From contig JAUCBJ010002659.1 of the NCBI GenBank assembly GCA_032718475.1, positions 62,001 to 126,000 on the forward strand: a stretch of DNA of 64,000 nucleotides, written 5' to 3'. The stretch's first letter is position 1. The number at the start of each line of letters is the position of its first letter. This DNA is from Nemertoderma westbladi (Eukaryota > Animalia > Xenacoelomorpha). Of this stretch, positions 38,301-49,520 are shown in pieces. The notes under the pieces were generated by a model, which had not been told where the DNA came from, made no database searches, and saw only the letters and a list, made by a program, of their open reading frames with translations. Position numbers and translations under genes: made by a program.

Positions 38301-40331
38301 TCGAACACGCGATACACAGTTTAAATGATTCCTTTGCCTCTGAGGACTGCGACGGCATATTACAGATCGACGCTACCAACGCATTTAATGTGTTAAACCG
38401 CAGCGCAGCATTGCATAACATCAGTTTAGTCTGTCCGGCGCTGCACACGATAGTAACTAATTGTTACAGCGAATCAGCGTGGCTATTCGTCGGCAGGGAA
38501 ACCCTCTACTCGGAGGAGGGTTCCACCCAAGGAGACCCGGTGGCGATGCTGATGTTTGGCTGCGGTATAACGCCGCTCCTAGACGAACTGGACCGCGGGT
38601 GCAACGTGGAACAGAAGTGGTTTGCGGATGATGGGAACGCGGGGGGCCGACTGGGAGAACTCAGGAAGTTCTTTGATATTGCGTGTTCAAGGGGACCATT
38701 ATACGGGTAATACCCGTATAATGGTGTCCTGACTGTAAAGCCGGATAAGTTAGTGGAGGTGGAGGCGTTGTTTGCGAACACCATCGTCGCAATTGATACG
38801 ACGGGCAACAAGCTACTCGGCGGCGTTATCGGTACCGAGGAATTTTGTGCCAGCTACGTCGAGGAGAAAGTCGATGAGTTCACGGAGGAAGTCGATCGAC
38901 TCGCTGAGATTGCCGCGGTGGACCCCCACTGCGCATTCGCCGGTTTGGCGTTCGGGCTCTCCTGCAGGTGGAGGTTATTCCTAACCCGCGTCATCCCCAA
39001 CGCTATGGAGCACTTCGGGAAGCTGGAGGAGACGGTGCAGCGGTTCATCGCCAAACTGCTCGACAGGCCGTCGCTATCGGCGGTTGAACGCCAACTAGTC
39101 TGCCTCCCAACTCGGGATGGCGGATTGGGTATCCCGGTTCCCTCCGACTTGGAGACGCAGTACAACCACTCGCGCCGAGTCTGTGAACCATTCGCAGATG
39201 CGGAGTCGATGGCAGCGGTGTGGACTGAACAGAGACGGATCGTGACCGAGGTGAAGGCGGAGTCCGTAACATCGTCTCGTACTAAAAGGGAACAAGTATA
39301 CACCCAGTTACCCACAGACCAATGCAAACTGTGTGAACTCACAACAGAAAAAGGTGCGTCAGCTTGGTTAAACTCCAAGCCACTAACCCTACAAGTTACT
39401 CACCTGAGTAAAGAAGTATTCCGGGATGCGGTGTGTCTCTGCTATGGTTGGTGTCCGAAGAATCTACCATCTCGTTGTGCCTGTGGGGCGCGATTTTCTG
39501 CATAACCCACGTCCTGTCATGCCCAACTGGAGGTTTCCCCTCCATCAGGTACAATGAGATATGTGATTTCGTCACCAACTCGCTCACTGAGGTCGCCTAC
39601 AACGTTGCTGTTGAGCCAATGCTCCAGCCTTTATCCGGTGAAACTTTCACCATCGTACCACCTCGACGGACCAGCAGGCGAGGCTGGATGTGTCTATGAG
39701 CGACTTCTGGGGAAACCGATTCCAGCGTTTGTTCATCGACGTGTCTGTGTTTAACCCACTGGCGGCGACGAACGCGGCTATGTCCCTAGACGCAGCGCAC
39801 CTCCACCACGAGAATCGTAAGATTCTTAAGTACGAGGAGAGGATACGGGAGGTGGAACATTCTACTTTCGTCCCCCTCATATTCTCAGCCTTTGGCGGGA
39901 TGGCGCCGACCACGCGCCAGTTTGTTAAGCGCCTGGAACAGAAGCTCGCGGACAAACGCGAGGTCAGGTACTCGGAATGCGTCACATGGATCCGGCGCAA
40001 GTTAAACTTCGCGTTGCTTCGTTCCTCCTTGCTCTGCCTTCGAGGTTGTAGGTCAGCCTCTAAACGGCCGGTTCATTGTCCAGTGTCTGATGCCTCCATT
40101 CGGTTGGACAACGCTGACACTGAGCCGTAGTCTGTGGTCTGGTAGGACAGCGCAGTCGTACAGGCCTACAATAGCTGACCAGTACAACATAAACAAACAA
40201 CTGTTTTGAATTTCCCCCTTACATCCGTATCACTGTACCTCATTGTATAAATCAGATTTGGTGATAGGGTGTAATAGTGCAATTTGAAGTATATACTATA
40301 TAATATACACCATCTCCACTTAAAAAAAAAA
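35367..40331 (+). mobile_element. 5'-truncated CRE-like non-LTR retrotransposon (RT + restriction-like endonuclease), frameshifted, interrupted by a solo LTR
   Basis: IVHWRPNLFLVP...PALLLQKP (35367-35620) resumes after 37541. RT motifs GVRPIGIGE, QIDATNAFN, GSTQGDP, WFADD. CACG..H..SC zinc knuckle and RYNEICD / RLDV / FIDVSV / HENRK RLE motifs. Poly(A) at 40322-40331. Confidence 0.88.
35621..37536 (-). mobile_element. Solo LTR (1916 bp)
   Basis: TGTTA...TAACA termini; 5-bp TSD CTGGA (35616-35620 / 37537-37541); splits the CRE ORF between LLQKP and GRSST. Minus-strand TATA near 37035 with CCAAT boxes upstream. Confidence 0.88.
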
Positions 40332-43300
40332 CACTGCGCGGGTAAATACCGTAAACACTGCGAGGGTAAATACAGAAAAGAGTTTGTGGGTAAATACTGA
40401 AAAGAGTTCGTGGGTAAATATCGAAAACACTGCGCAGGTAAATACCGAAAACACTGCGAGGGTAAATACAGAAAAGAGTTCGTGGGTAAATACCGAAATG
40501 AGTTTGTGGGTAAATACAGAAAAGAGTTCGTGGGTAAATACTGAAAACAATGCGCGGGGAAATACCGAAAACACTGTGCGGGTAAATACCGAAAAGAGGT
40601 AATGGGTAAATACCGAAAACACTGCGCGGGTAAAAACCGAAAGAGGCGGGTAAATACCGAAAAGAGTTTGTGGGTAAATACCGAAAAGAGTTCGTGAGTA
40701 AATACCGAAAAGAGTTCGTGGGTAAATACCGAAATGAGTTCGTGGGTAAATACCGAAAAGAGGTAATGGGTAAATACCGAAAACACTGCGTGGGTAAAAA
40801 CCGAAAGAGGCGGGTAAATACCGAAAAGAGTTTGTGGGTAAATGTCGAAAAGAGTTCGTGGGTAAATATCGAAAAGAGTTTGTGGGTAAATACCGAAAAG
40901 ACTTTGTGGATAAATACCGAAAAGAGTTTGTGGGTAAATGTCGAAAAGAGTTCGTGGGTAAATATCGAAAAGAGTTTGTGGGTAAATACCGAAAAGACTT
41001 TGTGGATAAATACCGAAAAGAGTTCGTGGGTAAATACCGAAAAGAGTTCGTGGGAAAATACCGAAAAGAGTTCGTGGGTAAATACCGAAAAGAGTTCGTG
41101 GGTAAATACCAAAAACACTGCGTGGGTAAATACCGAAAAGAGTTTGCGGGTAAATACCGAAAAGAGGTAATGGGTAAATACCGAAAACACTGCGTGGGTA
41201 AAAACCGAAAGAGGCGGGTAAATACCGAAAAGAGTTTGTGGGTAAATATCGAAAAGAGTTTGTGGGTAAATACCGAAAACACTGCGTGGGTAAGTACCAA
41301 AAAGAGTTCGTGAGTAAATACCGAAAAGAGTTCGTGGGTAAATACCGAAATGAGTTCGTGGGTAAATACCGAAAAGAGGTAATGGGTAAATACCGAAAAC
41401 ACTGCGTGGGTAAATACCGAAAAGAGTTTGGCGGGTAAATACCGAAAGGAGGTAATGGGTAAATACCGAAAACACTGCGCGGGTAAAAACCGAAAGAGGC
41501 GGGTAAATACCGAAAAGAGTTTGTGGGTAAATACCGAAAAGAGTTCGTGAGTAAATACCGAAAAGAGTTCGTGGGTAAATACCGAAATGAGTTCGTGGGT
41601 AAATACCGAAAAGAGGTAATGGGTAAATACCGAAAACACTGCGCGGGTAAAAACCGAAAGAGGCGGGTAAATAACGAAAAGAGTTTGTGGGTAAATGCCG
41701 AAAAGAGTTCGTGGGTAAATATCGAAAAGAGTTTGTGGGTAAATACCGAAAAGACTTTGTGGATAAATACCGAAAAGAGTTCGTGGGTAAATACCGAAAA
41801 GAGTTCGTGGGTAAATACCGAAAAGTGTTTGTGGGTAAATACCGAAAAGAGTTCGTGAGTAAATACCGAAAAGAGTTCGTGGGTAAATACCGAAATGAGT
41901 TCGTGGGTAAATACCGAAAAGAGGTAATGGGTAAATACCGAAAACACTGCGCGGGTAAAAACCGAAAGAGGCGGGTAAATACCGAAAAGAGTTTGTGGGT
42001 AAATATCGAAAAGAGTTTGTGGGTAAATACCGAAAACACTGCGTGGGTAAGTACCGAAAAGAGTTCGTGAGTAAATACCGAAAAGAGTTCGTGGGTAAAT
42101 ACCGAAATGAGTTCGTGGGTAAATACCGAAAAGAGGTAATGGGTAAATACCGAAAACACTGCGCGGGTAAAAACCAAAAGAGGTGGGTAAATACCGAAAA
42201 GAGTTTGTGGGTAAATGCCGAAAAGAGTTTGTGGGTAAATACCGAAAAGAGTTCGTGGGTAAATACCGAAAAGAGTTCGTGGGTAAATACCGAAAATAGT
42301 TCGTAGGTAAATACCGAAAAGAGTTCGTGGGTAAATACCGAAAAGAGTTCGTGGGTAAATACCGAAAAGAGTTCGTGGGTAAATACCGAAAAGAGTTCGT
42401 GGGTAAATACCGAAAAGAGTTCGTGGGTAAATACCGAAATGAGTTTGTGGGTAAATACCGAAAAGAGTTCGTGGGTAAATACCGAAAAGAGTTCGTGGGT
42501 AAATACCGAAAACACTGCGTGGGTAAGTACCGAAAAGAGTTCGTGGGTAAATACCGAAAAGACTTTGTGGATAAATACCGAAAAGAGTTCGTGGGTAAAT
42601 ACCGAAAAGAGTTCGTGGGTAAATACCGAAAAGAGTTCGTGGGTAAATACCGAAATGAGTTCGTGGGTAAATACCGAAAATAGGTAATGGGTAAATACCG
42701 AAAACATTGCGCAGGTAAAAACCGAAAGAGGTGGGTAAATACCGAAAAGAGTTTGTGGGTAAATACCGAAAAGACTTTGTGGATAAATACCGAAAAGAGT
42801 TTGTGGGTAAATACCGAAAAGAGTTTGTGGGTAAATACCGAAAACACTGCGTGGGTAAGTACCGAAAAGAGTTCGTGAGTAAATACCGAAAAGAGTTCGT
42901 GGGTAAATACCGAAATGAGTTCGTGGGTAAATACCGAAAAGAGGTAATGGGTAAATACCGAAACCACTGCGCGGGTAAAAACCGAAAGAGGCGGGTAAAT
43001 ACCAAAAAGAGTTTGTGGGTAAATACCGAAAAGAGTTCGTGGGTAAATACCGAAAAGAGTTTGTGGGTAAATACCGAAAAGAGTTCGTGGGTAAATATTG
43101 ATAAGAGTTCGTGGGTAAATACTGAAAAGAGTTCATGGGTAAATACCGAAAAGACTTTGTGGATAAATACTGAAAAGAGTTCGTGGGTAAATACTGAAAA
43201 GAGTTCGTGGGTAAATACCGAAAAGAGTTCGTGGGTAAATACCGAAATGAGTTCGTGGGTAAATACCGAAATGAGTTCGTGGGTAAATACCGAAAGAGGT

Positions 43301-45985
43301 AATGGGTAAATACCGAAAACACTGCGTGGGTAAAAACCGAAAGAGGCGGGTAAATACCGAAAAGAGTTTGTGGGTAAATACCGAAAAGACTTTGTGGATA
43401 AATACCGAAAAGAGTTCGTGGGTAAATACCGAAAAGAGTTCGTGGGTAAATACCGAAAAGAGTTCGTGGGTAAATACCGAAAAGAGTTCGTGGGTAAATA
43501 CCGAAAACACTGCATGGGTAAATACCGAAAAGAGTTCGTGAGTAAATACCGAAAAGAGTTCGTGGGTAAATACCGAAATGAGTTCGTGGGTAAATACCGA
43601 TAAGAGGTAATGGGTAAATACCGAAAACACTGCGCGGGTAAAAACCGAAAGAGGCGGGTAAATACCGAAAAGAGTTTGTGGGTAAATATCGAAAAGAGTT
43701 TGTGGGTAAATACCGAAAACACTGCGTGGGTAAGTACCGAAAAGAGTTCGTGAGTAAATACCGAAAAGAGTTCGTGGGTAAATACCGAAATGAGTTCGTG
43801 GGTAAATACCGAAAAGAGGTAATGGGTAAATACCGAAAACACTGCGCGGGTAAAAACCAAAAGAGGTGGGTAAATACCGAAAAGAGTTTGTGGGTAAATG
43901 CCGAAAAGAGTTTGTGGGTAAATACCGAAAAGAGTTCGTGGGTAAATACCGAAAAGAGTTCGTGGGTAAATACCGAAAAGAGTTCGTGGGTAAATACCGA
44001 AAAGAGTTCGTGGGTAAATACCGAAAAGAGTTCGTGGGTAAATACCGAAAAGAGTTCGTGGGTAAATACCAAAAAGAGTTCGTGGGTAAATACCGAAATA
44101 AGTTTGTGGGTAAATACCGAAAAGAGTTCGTGGGTAAATACCGAAAAGAGTTCGTGGGTAAATACTGCGTGGGTAAGTACCGAAAAGAGTTCGTGGGTAA
44201 ATACCAAAAAGACTTTGTGGATAAATACCGAAAAGAGTTCGTGGGTAAATACCGAAAAGAGTTCGTGGGTAAATACCGAAAAGAGTTCGTGGGTAAATAC
44301 CGAAATGAGTTCGTGGGTAAATACCGAAAACACTGCGAGGGTAAGTACCGAAAAGAGTTCGTGAGTAAATACCGAAAAGAGTTCGTGGGTAAATACCGAA
44401 AACACTGCGAGGGTAAGTACCGAAAAGAGTTCGTGAGTAAATACCGAAAAGAGTTCGTGGGTAAATACCGAAATGAGTTCGTGGGTAAATACCGAAAAGA
44501 GGTAATGGGTAAATACCGAAAACACTGCGCGGGTAAAAACCGAAAGAGGCGGGTAAATACCAAAAAGAGTTTGTGGGTAAATACCGAAAAGAGTTCGTGG
44601 GTAAATACCGAAAAGAGTTTGTGGGTAAATACCGAAAAGAGTTCGTGGGTAAATATTGATAAGAGTTCGTGGGTAAATACCGAAAAGAGTTCATGGGTAA
44701 ATACCGAAAAGACTTTGTGGATAAATACTGAAAAGAGTTCGTGGGTAAATACCGAAAAGAGTTCGTGGGTAAATACCGAAAAGAGTTCGTGGGTAAATAC
44801 CGAAATGAGTTCGTGGGTAAATACCGAAATGAGTTCGTGGGTAAATACCGAAAAGAGGTAATGGGTAAATACCGAAAACACTGCGTGGGTAAAAACCGAA
44901 AGAGGCGGGTAAATACCGAAAAGAGTTTGTGGGTAAATACCGAAAAGACGTTGTGGATAAATACCGAAAAGAGTTCGTGGGTAAATACCGAAAAGAGTTC
45001 GTGGGTAAATACCGAAAAGAGTTCGTGGGTAAATACCGAAAAGAGTTCGTGGGTAAATACCGAAAAGAGTTCGTGGGTAAATACCGAAAACACTGCATTG
45101 GTAAATACCGAAAAGAGTTCGTGAGTAAATACCGAAAAGAGTTCGTGGGTAAATACCGAAATGAGTTCGTGGGTAAATACCGAAAAGAGGTAATGGGTAA
45201 ATACCGAAAACACTGCGCGGGTAAAAACCGAAAGAGGCGGGTAAATACCGAAAAGAGTTTGTGGGTAAATACCGAAAAGAGTTCGTGGGTAAATATTGAA
45301 AAGAGTTCATGGGTAAATACCGAAAAGAGTTCGTGGGTAAATACCGAAAAGACTGCGTGGGTAAATATTGAAAAGAGTTCATGGGTAAATGCCAAAAAGA
45401 GTTCGTGGATAAATACCGAAAAGAGTTTGTGGGTAAATACTGAAAAGAGTTCGTGGGTAAATATTGAAAAGAGTTCATGGGTAAATACCGAAAAGAGTTC
45501 ATAGGTAAATACCGAAAAGAGCTCGTGAGTAAATACCGAAAAGAGTTCGTGGGTAAATACAGAAAACACTGGGCGGGTAAATACCGAAAACACTGCGAGG
45601 GTAAATGCAGAAAAGAGTTCATGGTTAAAAACCGAAAAGAGTTCGTGGGTAATACCAAAAAGAGTGTGCGGGTAAATACTGAAAACACTGCAAGGGAAAA
45701 TACCGAAAACACTGCGTGGGTAAATACTGAAAAGAGTTCGCGGTTAAATACTGAAAAGAGTTCGTGGGTAAATACCGAAAAGAGTGCGCGGGTAAATACC
45801 GAATACACTGCGCGGGTAAATACCGAAAAGAGTTCGCGGGTAAATACCGAAAACACTGCGCGGGTAAATACCGAAAGGAGTTAGTGGGTAAATACCGAAA
45901 ACACTGCGAGGGTAAATACAGAAAAGAGTTCGCGGGTAAATACCGAAAACACTGCGCGGGTAAATACCGAAAAGAGTTCGTGAGT
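40322..45985. repeat. 24-bp satellite, right block (~235 units, with higher-order variant order)
   Basis: Visible tandem array with a near-constant GGGTAAATACCGAAAA core and recurring 8-nt variants. Confidence 0.97.
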
Positions 45986-45989
45986 TCTG

Positions 45990-46560
45990 TCAAGATACAC
46001 TACCTAAGGTAAAAATTATAGATTCTGTAATTTCCGAGGTCGTATATACTAAGTACTTGGGTGTTCTGATTGACAGTAAACTGAATTTTAAAGAACACAT
46101 ATCTATCATCAGGTATATTTTATAGGCTTCGTCACATTTTTCCACTTTATATTCTCCGTACCCTATTTTTCGCTCTTATTTATCCCTATTTACAATACGC
46201 CATTGTCGTGTGGGGAAGTACATATCTGTCGATTTTAAAACCACTTAGAATCAAAATTAAAAAGCACTTCGAGTAATCACCTTCAGCCATTGGCAATCAT
46301 CTTCACTCCCTCTCTATCAACAACTTAATATACTCCCTTTGGATCAATTATAAAATATCAAGTTTATAATATTATGTTTGATGTACATAACAACATCCCA
46401 ACTCCACTTGAGCCTCTATTTCAAAGAGCGTCTTCAATCCATTCATACAATACTCGCTTTTCGGCATCTGGCTTATTTCATCCTCCTCACATTAGGCTAT
46501 GTGTTGCAGAACAATCTCTTTCATTCCAAGGAGCCCGCCTGAGGAATGCTCTGGATGAAA
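45990..46560 (+). pseudogene. CR1/L2-group LINE 3' RT fragment
   Basis: KYLGVLIDSKLNFKEHI, FALIYPYLQYAIVVWG, KKALRVITF and HSYNTR motifs with stops and frameshifts. Confidence 0.8.
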
Positions 46561-49187
46561 GATGCGCTTGCTACCTTTGGTTCCAGTTATCTTAATGGGA
46601 ATGATGCTAAACCCTTTTAACTGGTTCTTCGTGAGGACAGTTATACGTAAACGTGAACGTAGAAGGTTTCATCTTCCGAATCTTTCTCCTCCGATGATCC
46701 TGACTGGTCGAAGTAGTTGGTATAAAAGGTTTGAACCTCTCTTTACAAACCTTTTTTTCCTCTGCTTTATAAACAGCGTTGCACTTGGCTACTTTATTGG
46801 GATGTTCGCGTTGGAAATGTTTGGTGGGAGTGTGGCTGATGGTGTGGAGCAACGTGTCATGGTTGCATGCACATAAAGGAGAAGTATCCTCATTTGGGCA
46901 GTCCTTATGGACATGTCCAGACTTGGTGCACCTCCAGCAAGAATCTAGCGGACGTATCCCCTCCTCTCCTCCACTCTGAGGTCTCTAAAAATGCTACATC
47001 CGTGCAACTTGTGTCCGCTATATTGTCTGCCGTTCCTTTCGCAGAACTGGTATCCGTCAAATTCTGCAGACAACTGATGTCGTGATTGTTTGGCTCCAAT
47101 GGGTGTCAAAACCTTTGAAGTATCCATCGGGGTCATATAGGTCACAGCCTTTGCATTGTCGGAAGCTGTTTAGACCGATTCGGCGCCACAATCGTGATTC
47201 CTTCTGCCGCTATGTGATGGTCCGTATAGTTAGACCATGTCTCTACCACCGCCTCTCAAGAGATCAGTTTGTAGATGTCTGTTAACCTCAATAATCCACC
47301 AGCCTCTTTGCGCTGATACTCCACCTTGTGCCATTCTTGACGCAGTCGATGATTGAGCCAGCCGATAATCCTAATCAGAACCATCGGCGCCTTGGTGTAT
47401 TCTAGTAGACAGATAGACTGCAACGTTCCTATAGCATTCTTTACCTCATCTGCTAATCGTAGAAGATCTATAGGTTTCGAAATGGGTCCACCTCAACAGA
47501 AGTCTTCTATGATGGATTTAGACATGGTGACATTACCGCTGTATATGGAAAATAGAAGGTCGTACGCTAGCTCGAAAGCATCCGGAACTCCTATGAAGGT
47601 TTCTGCTAACCTTTTTGGCTCATCCGAGAGTACCTGAAGTAGGTAGTTGAACTTCTCCGTAGAGGTGAAGGCACACACGGCTATTTGGGAGACAACGTAG
47701 TCTACTAACGTACGCCAATGCTTCGTGTTACCTGAAAACTTCGGCAGTTGTTGTGCCGGTAATCCATGTCTGGCTCTGGACTTGACGATCTCGTCTCCGT
47801 CTCTGTTTGTCGTCGCGCTCTCTGTCTGGAGATGGCATTCAGCCGATCCTGTCTGGGTGAAGTTCATCGATAGGGGTCATAACCGATGGGATCTTCTCCT
47901 CTAGGATTTGGAGTTTGTTGTAGTTCTGGTTCCCTATAAGGTGGTCACTATGGTTGAGATTGGGGTTGTTCTAAATCCGCGCTGGCTCGCAATCGATCCG
48001 AAGGCGGCGCTTCGAGCTACTCTTCGATTTGAGCCAACCGGTCCGCTACAGGTCACATCATCTTGGTAAGTTGTTTAGCGCTAATCACCTCTACTGGTTG
48101 CGACGTAGGTTTCTGTACAGGTGTTTCGTGTGGATGATTATCGATTTATGGGTTTTTCAATCTCTCCGGTTCTCGTTTGAATTTGCCTGCCACTCCAGTA
48201 CGGATTATCTCCCTTTCCGTGGACTCCGCGTCGCTAGATGAGTTGCTGTTGTCGGGATATGGTGGCTGGCGTGTTTGCATTCAGCATATTATTATAGTCG
48301 GCGACATTCATTTTGGTTCGGCATCCATGTTATTCGTCGCTCGGTAGGTTGCTGGCGTGCGATCTCCTGTTGTTGTCGAGTAATCACTGATGTTGTCCAA
48401 CTAACATTGCAGCCTGGCTCCATACGCTGATGAACGATTTATCCAGGTGAGGGTTTTGGTAGGCTCGTGAGCCTTCCATAGCGAGAACTCCTGTCTTCTC
48501 TCCCAGTACAACTTCCAGTTCGTTGATCGGTACGTTGCTACTATAGAGCAAGTCAGTAAGTGCTTCTAACTTCCCATCCAGGCAGTATAGTTCTTCTTCC
48601 TCTTCGGGTTGTAACAATGCGTCCCTCACCTAACAGTTGGTTAAGTTGTTCCCGTTGGTCGATCCTACAACCAACTTAAACAGAATGAGACTTTATCTAG
48701 CACTTACCAATTTATATATTATTTTTACATGGATAAAATTGTCACCGAGTAACTCCGCTACTTCATGTAAACTTCGGAGTTTATTTATGGAGGTATGTAC
48801 CCTACTTTCTACTCTTACCTATAGGGCATAAAACTCGTATCTGGACATTGGAGCCATTAATTCGCGTACGACGCGAAAACCTTATCCGATACATCGAGTA
48901 ATTTGAGCCATGCATCCTCCTATACTCCTAATAATGTTCTCCTGGCTTCCAGTCGAACCTACCATGTCTGGTTCCTGTGATCTAGTTTGCGGGATGGTAA
49001 GGAAGTGTTCGGTTCTACCGTTGCCTCGTGCTACGGCTTCCGGTATTTCTGTTGGCGGTACCAGCGATGCAATCAGTGTGACATCGGTAGAAACGCGAGT
49101 CCTCCTTCTGGGTTTGTCTACTGTCGATCTGTCTGCATCACACGATTCATAGTTGGTAGGGGGGTTTCTAGTTGAGTGCCGTCTCAT
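46561..49187 (-). pseudogene. BEL/Pao LTR-retrotransposon gag plus start of protease region, degenerate and truncated
   Basis: DUF1759-like LPKFSGNTKHW...EKFNYLLQVLSDEPK (47493-47867). BEL-type Cys/His knuckles CTKSGHVHKDC...LCACNHDTLLH (~46840-46930). IIPIKITGTKGSKRI pre-protease segment ends at 46561. Multiple frameshifts and stops. Confidence 0.8.
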
Positions 49188-49324
49188 GTCGGTATTATAT
49201 ACGTCAAGTACAGATCATAATAAATGTAAAATGTCAAAATGTCGAAATGTCAAACTTACCTTGGTATATATATATATATACCCGAACCGGTACAAAATAA
49301 AATCACAAAATAGTATATAATAAT

Positions 49325-49520
49325 TTAATAAGTAATTAAACAGGACTAAGGATGATCCAACTCTATAGCAAATGGAGCGGAAAAAATGAATTCACCACCA
49401 GCGGGGATTGAACCCGCGTCTCCCGATAAACATTCAGGTATGCTAACCACTACACCACGGAGGACTACTCCATTTGCTATAGAGTTGGATCATCCTTAGT
49501 CCTGTTTAATTACTTATTAA
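49325..49520. repeat. Perfect 53-bp inverted repeat (49325-49377 / 49468-49520) enclosing a tRNA-like gene
   Basis: TTAATAAGTAATTAAACAGGACTAAGGATGATCCAACTCTATAGCAAATGGAG and its exact reverse complement, 90 bp apart. Confidence 0.95.
49393..49464 (-). ncRNA. tRNA-like Pol III unit (72 nt; GTT in anticodon position; probably not a translating tRNA)
   Basis: TCCTCCGTGGTGTAGTGGTTAGCATACCTGAATGTTTATCGGGAGACGCGGGTTCAATCCCCGCTGGTGGTG. A box TGGTGTAGTGG, B box GGTTCAATCC. D, anticodon and T stems pair; acceptor stem has two mismatches. T6 terminator 6 nt downstream. Confidence 0.75.

Noticed and set aside
34205-45985. CRISPR-like appearance (constant core plus variable segment) and ORFs up to 1653 aa
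   Set aside because: Variable parts are only 8 nt and recur many times; no cas genes; eukaryotic context. The ORFs are satellite translations.
49393-49464. Functional tRNA-Asn(GTT) gene
   Set aside because: Two acceptor-stem mismatches, a pyrimidine at position 37 and a body resembling Asp/Val/Glu tRNAs; reported as tRNA-like instead.
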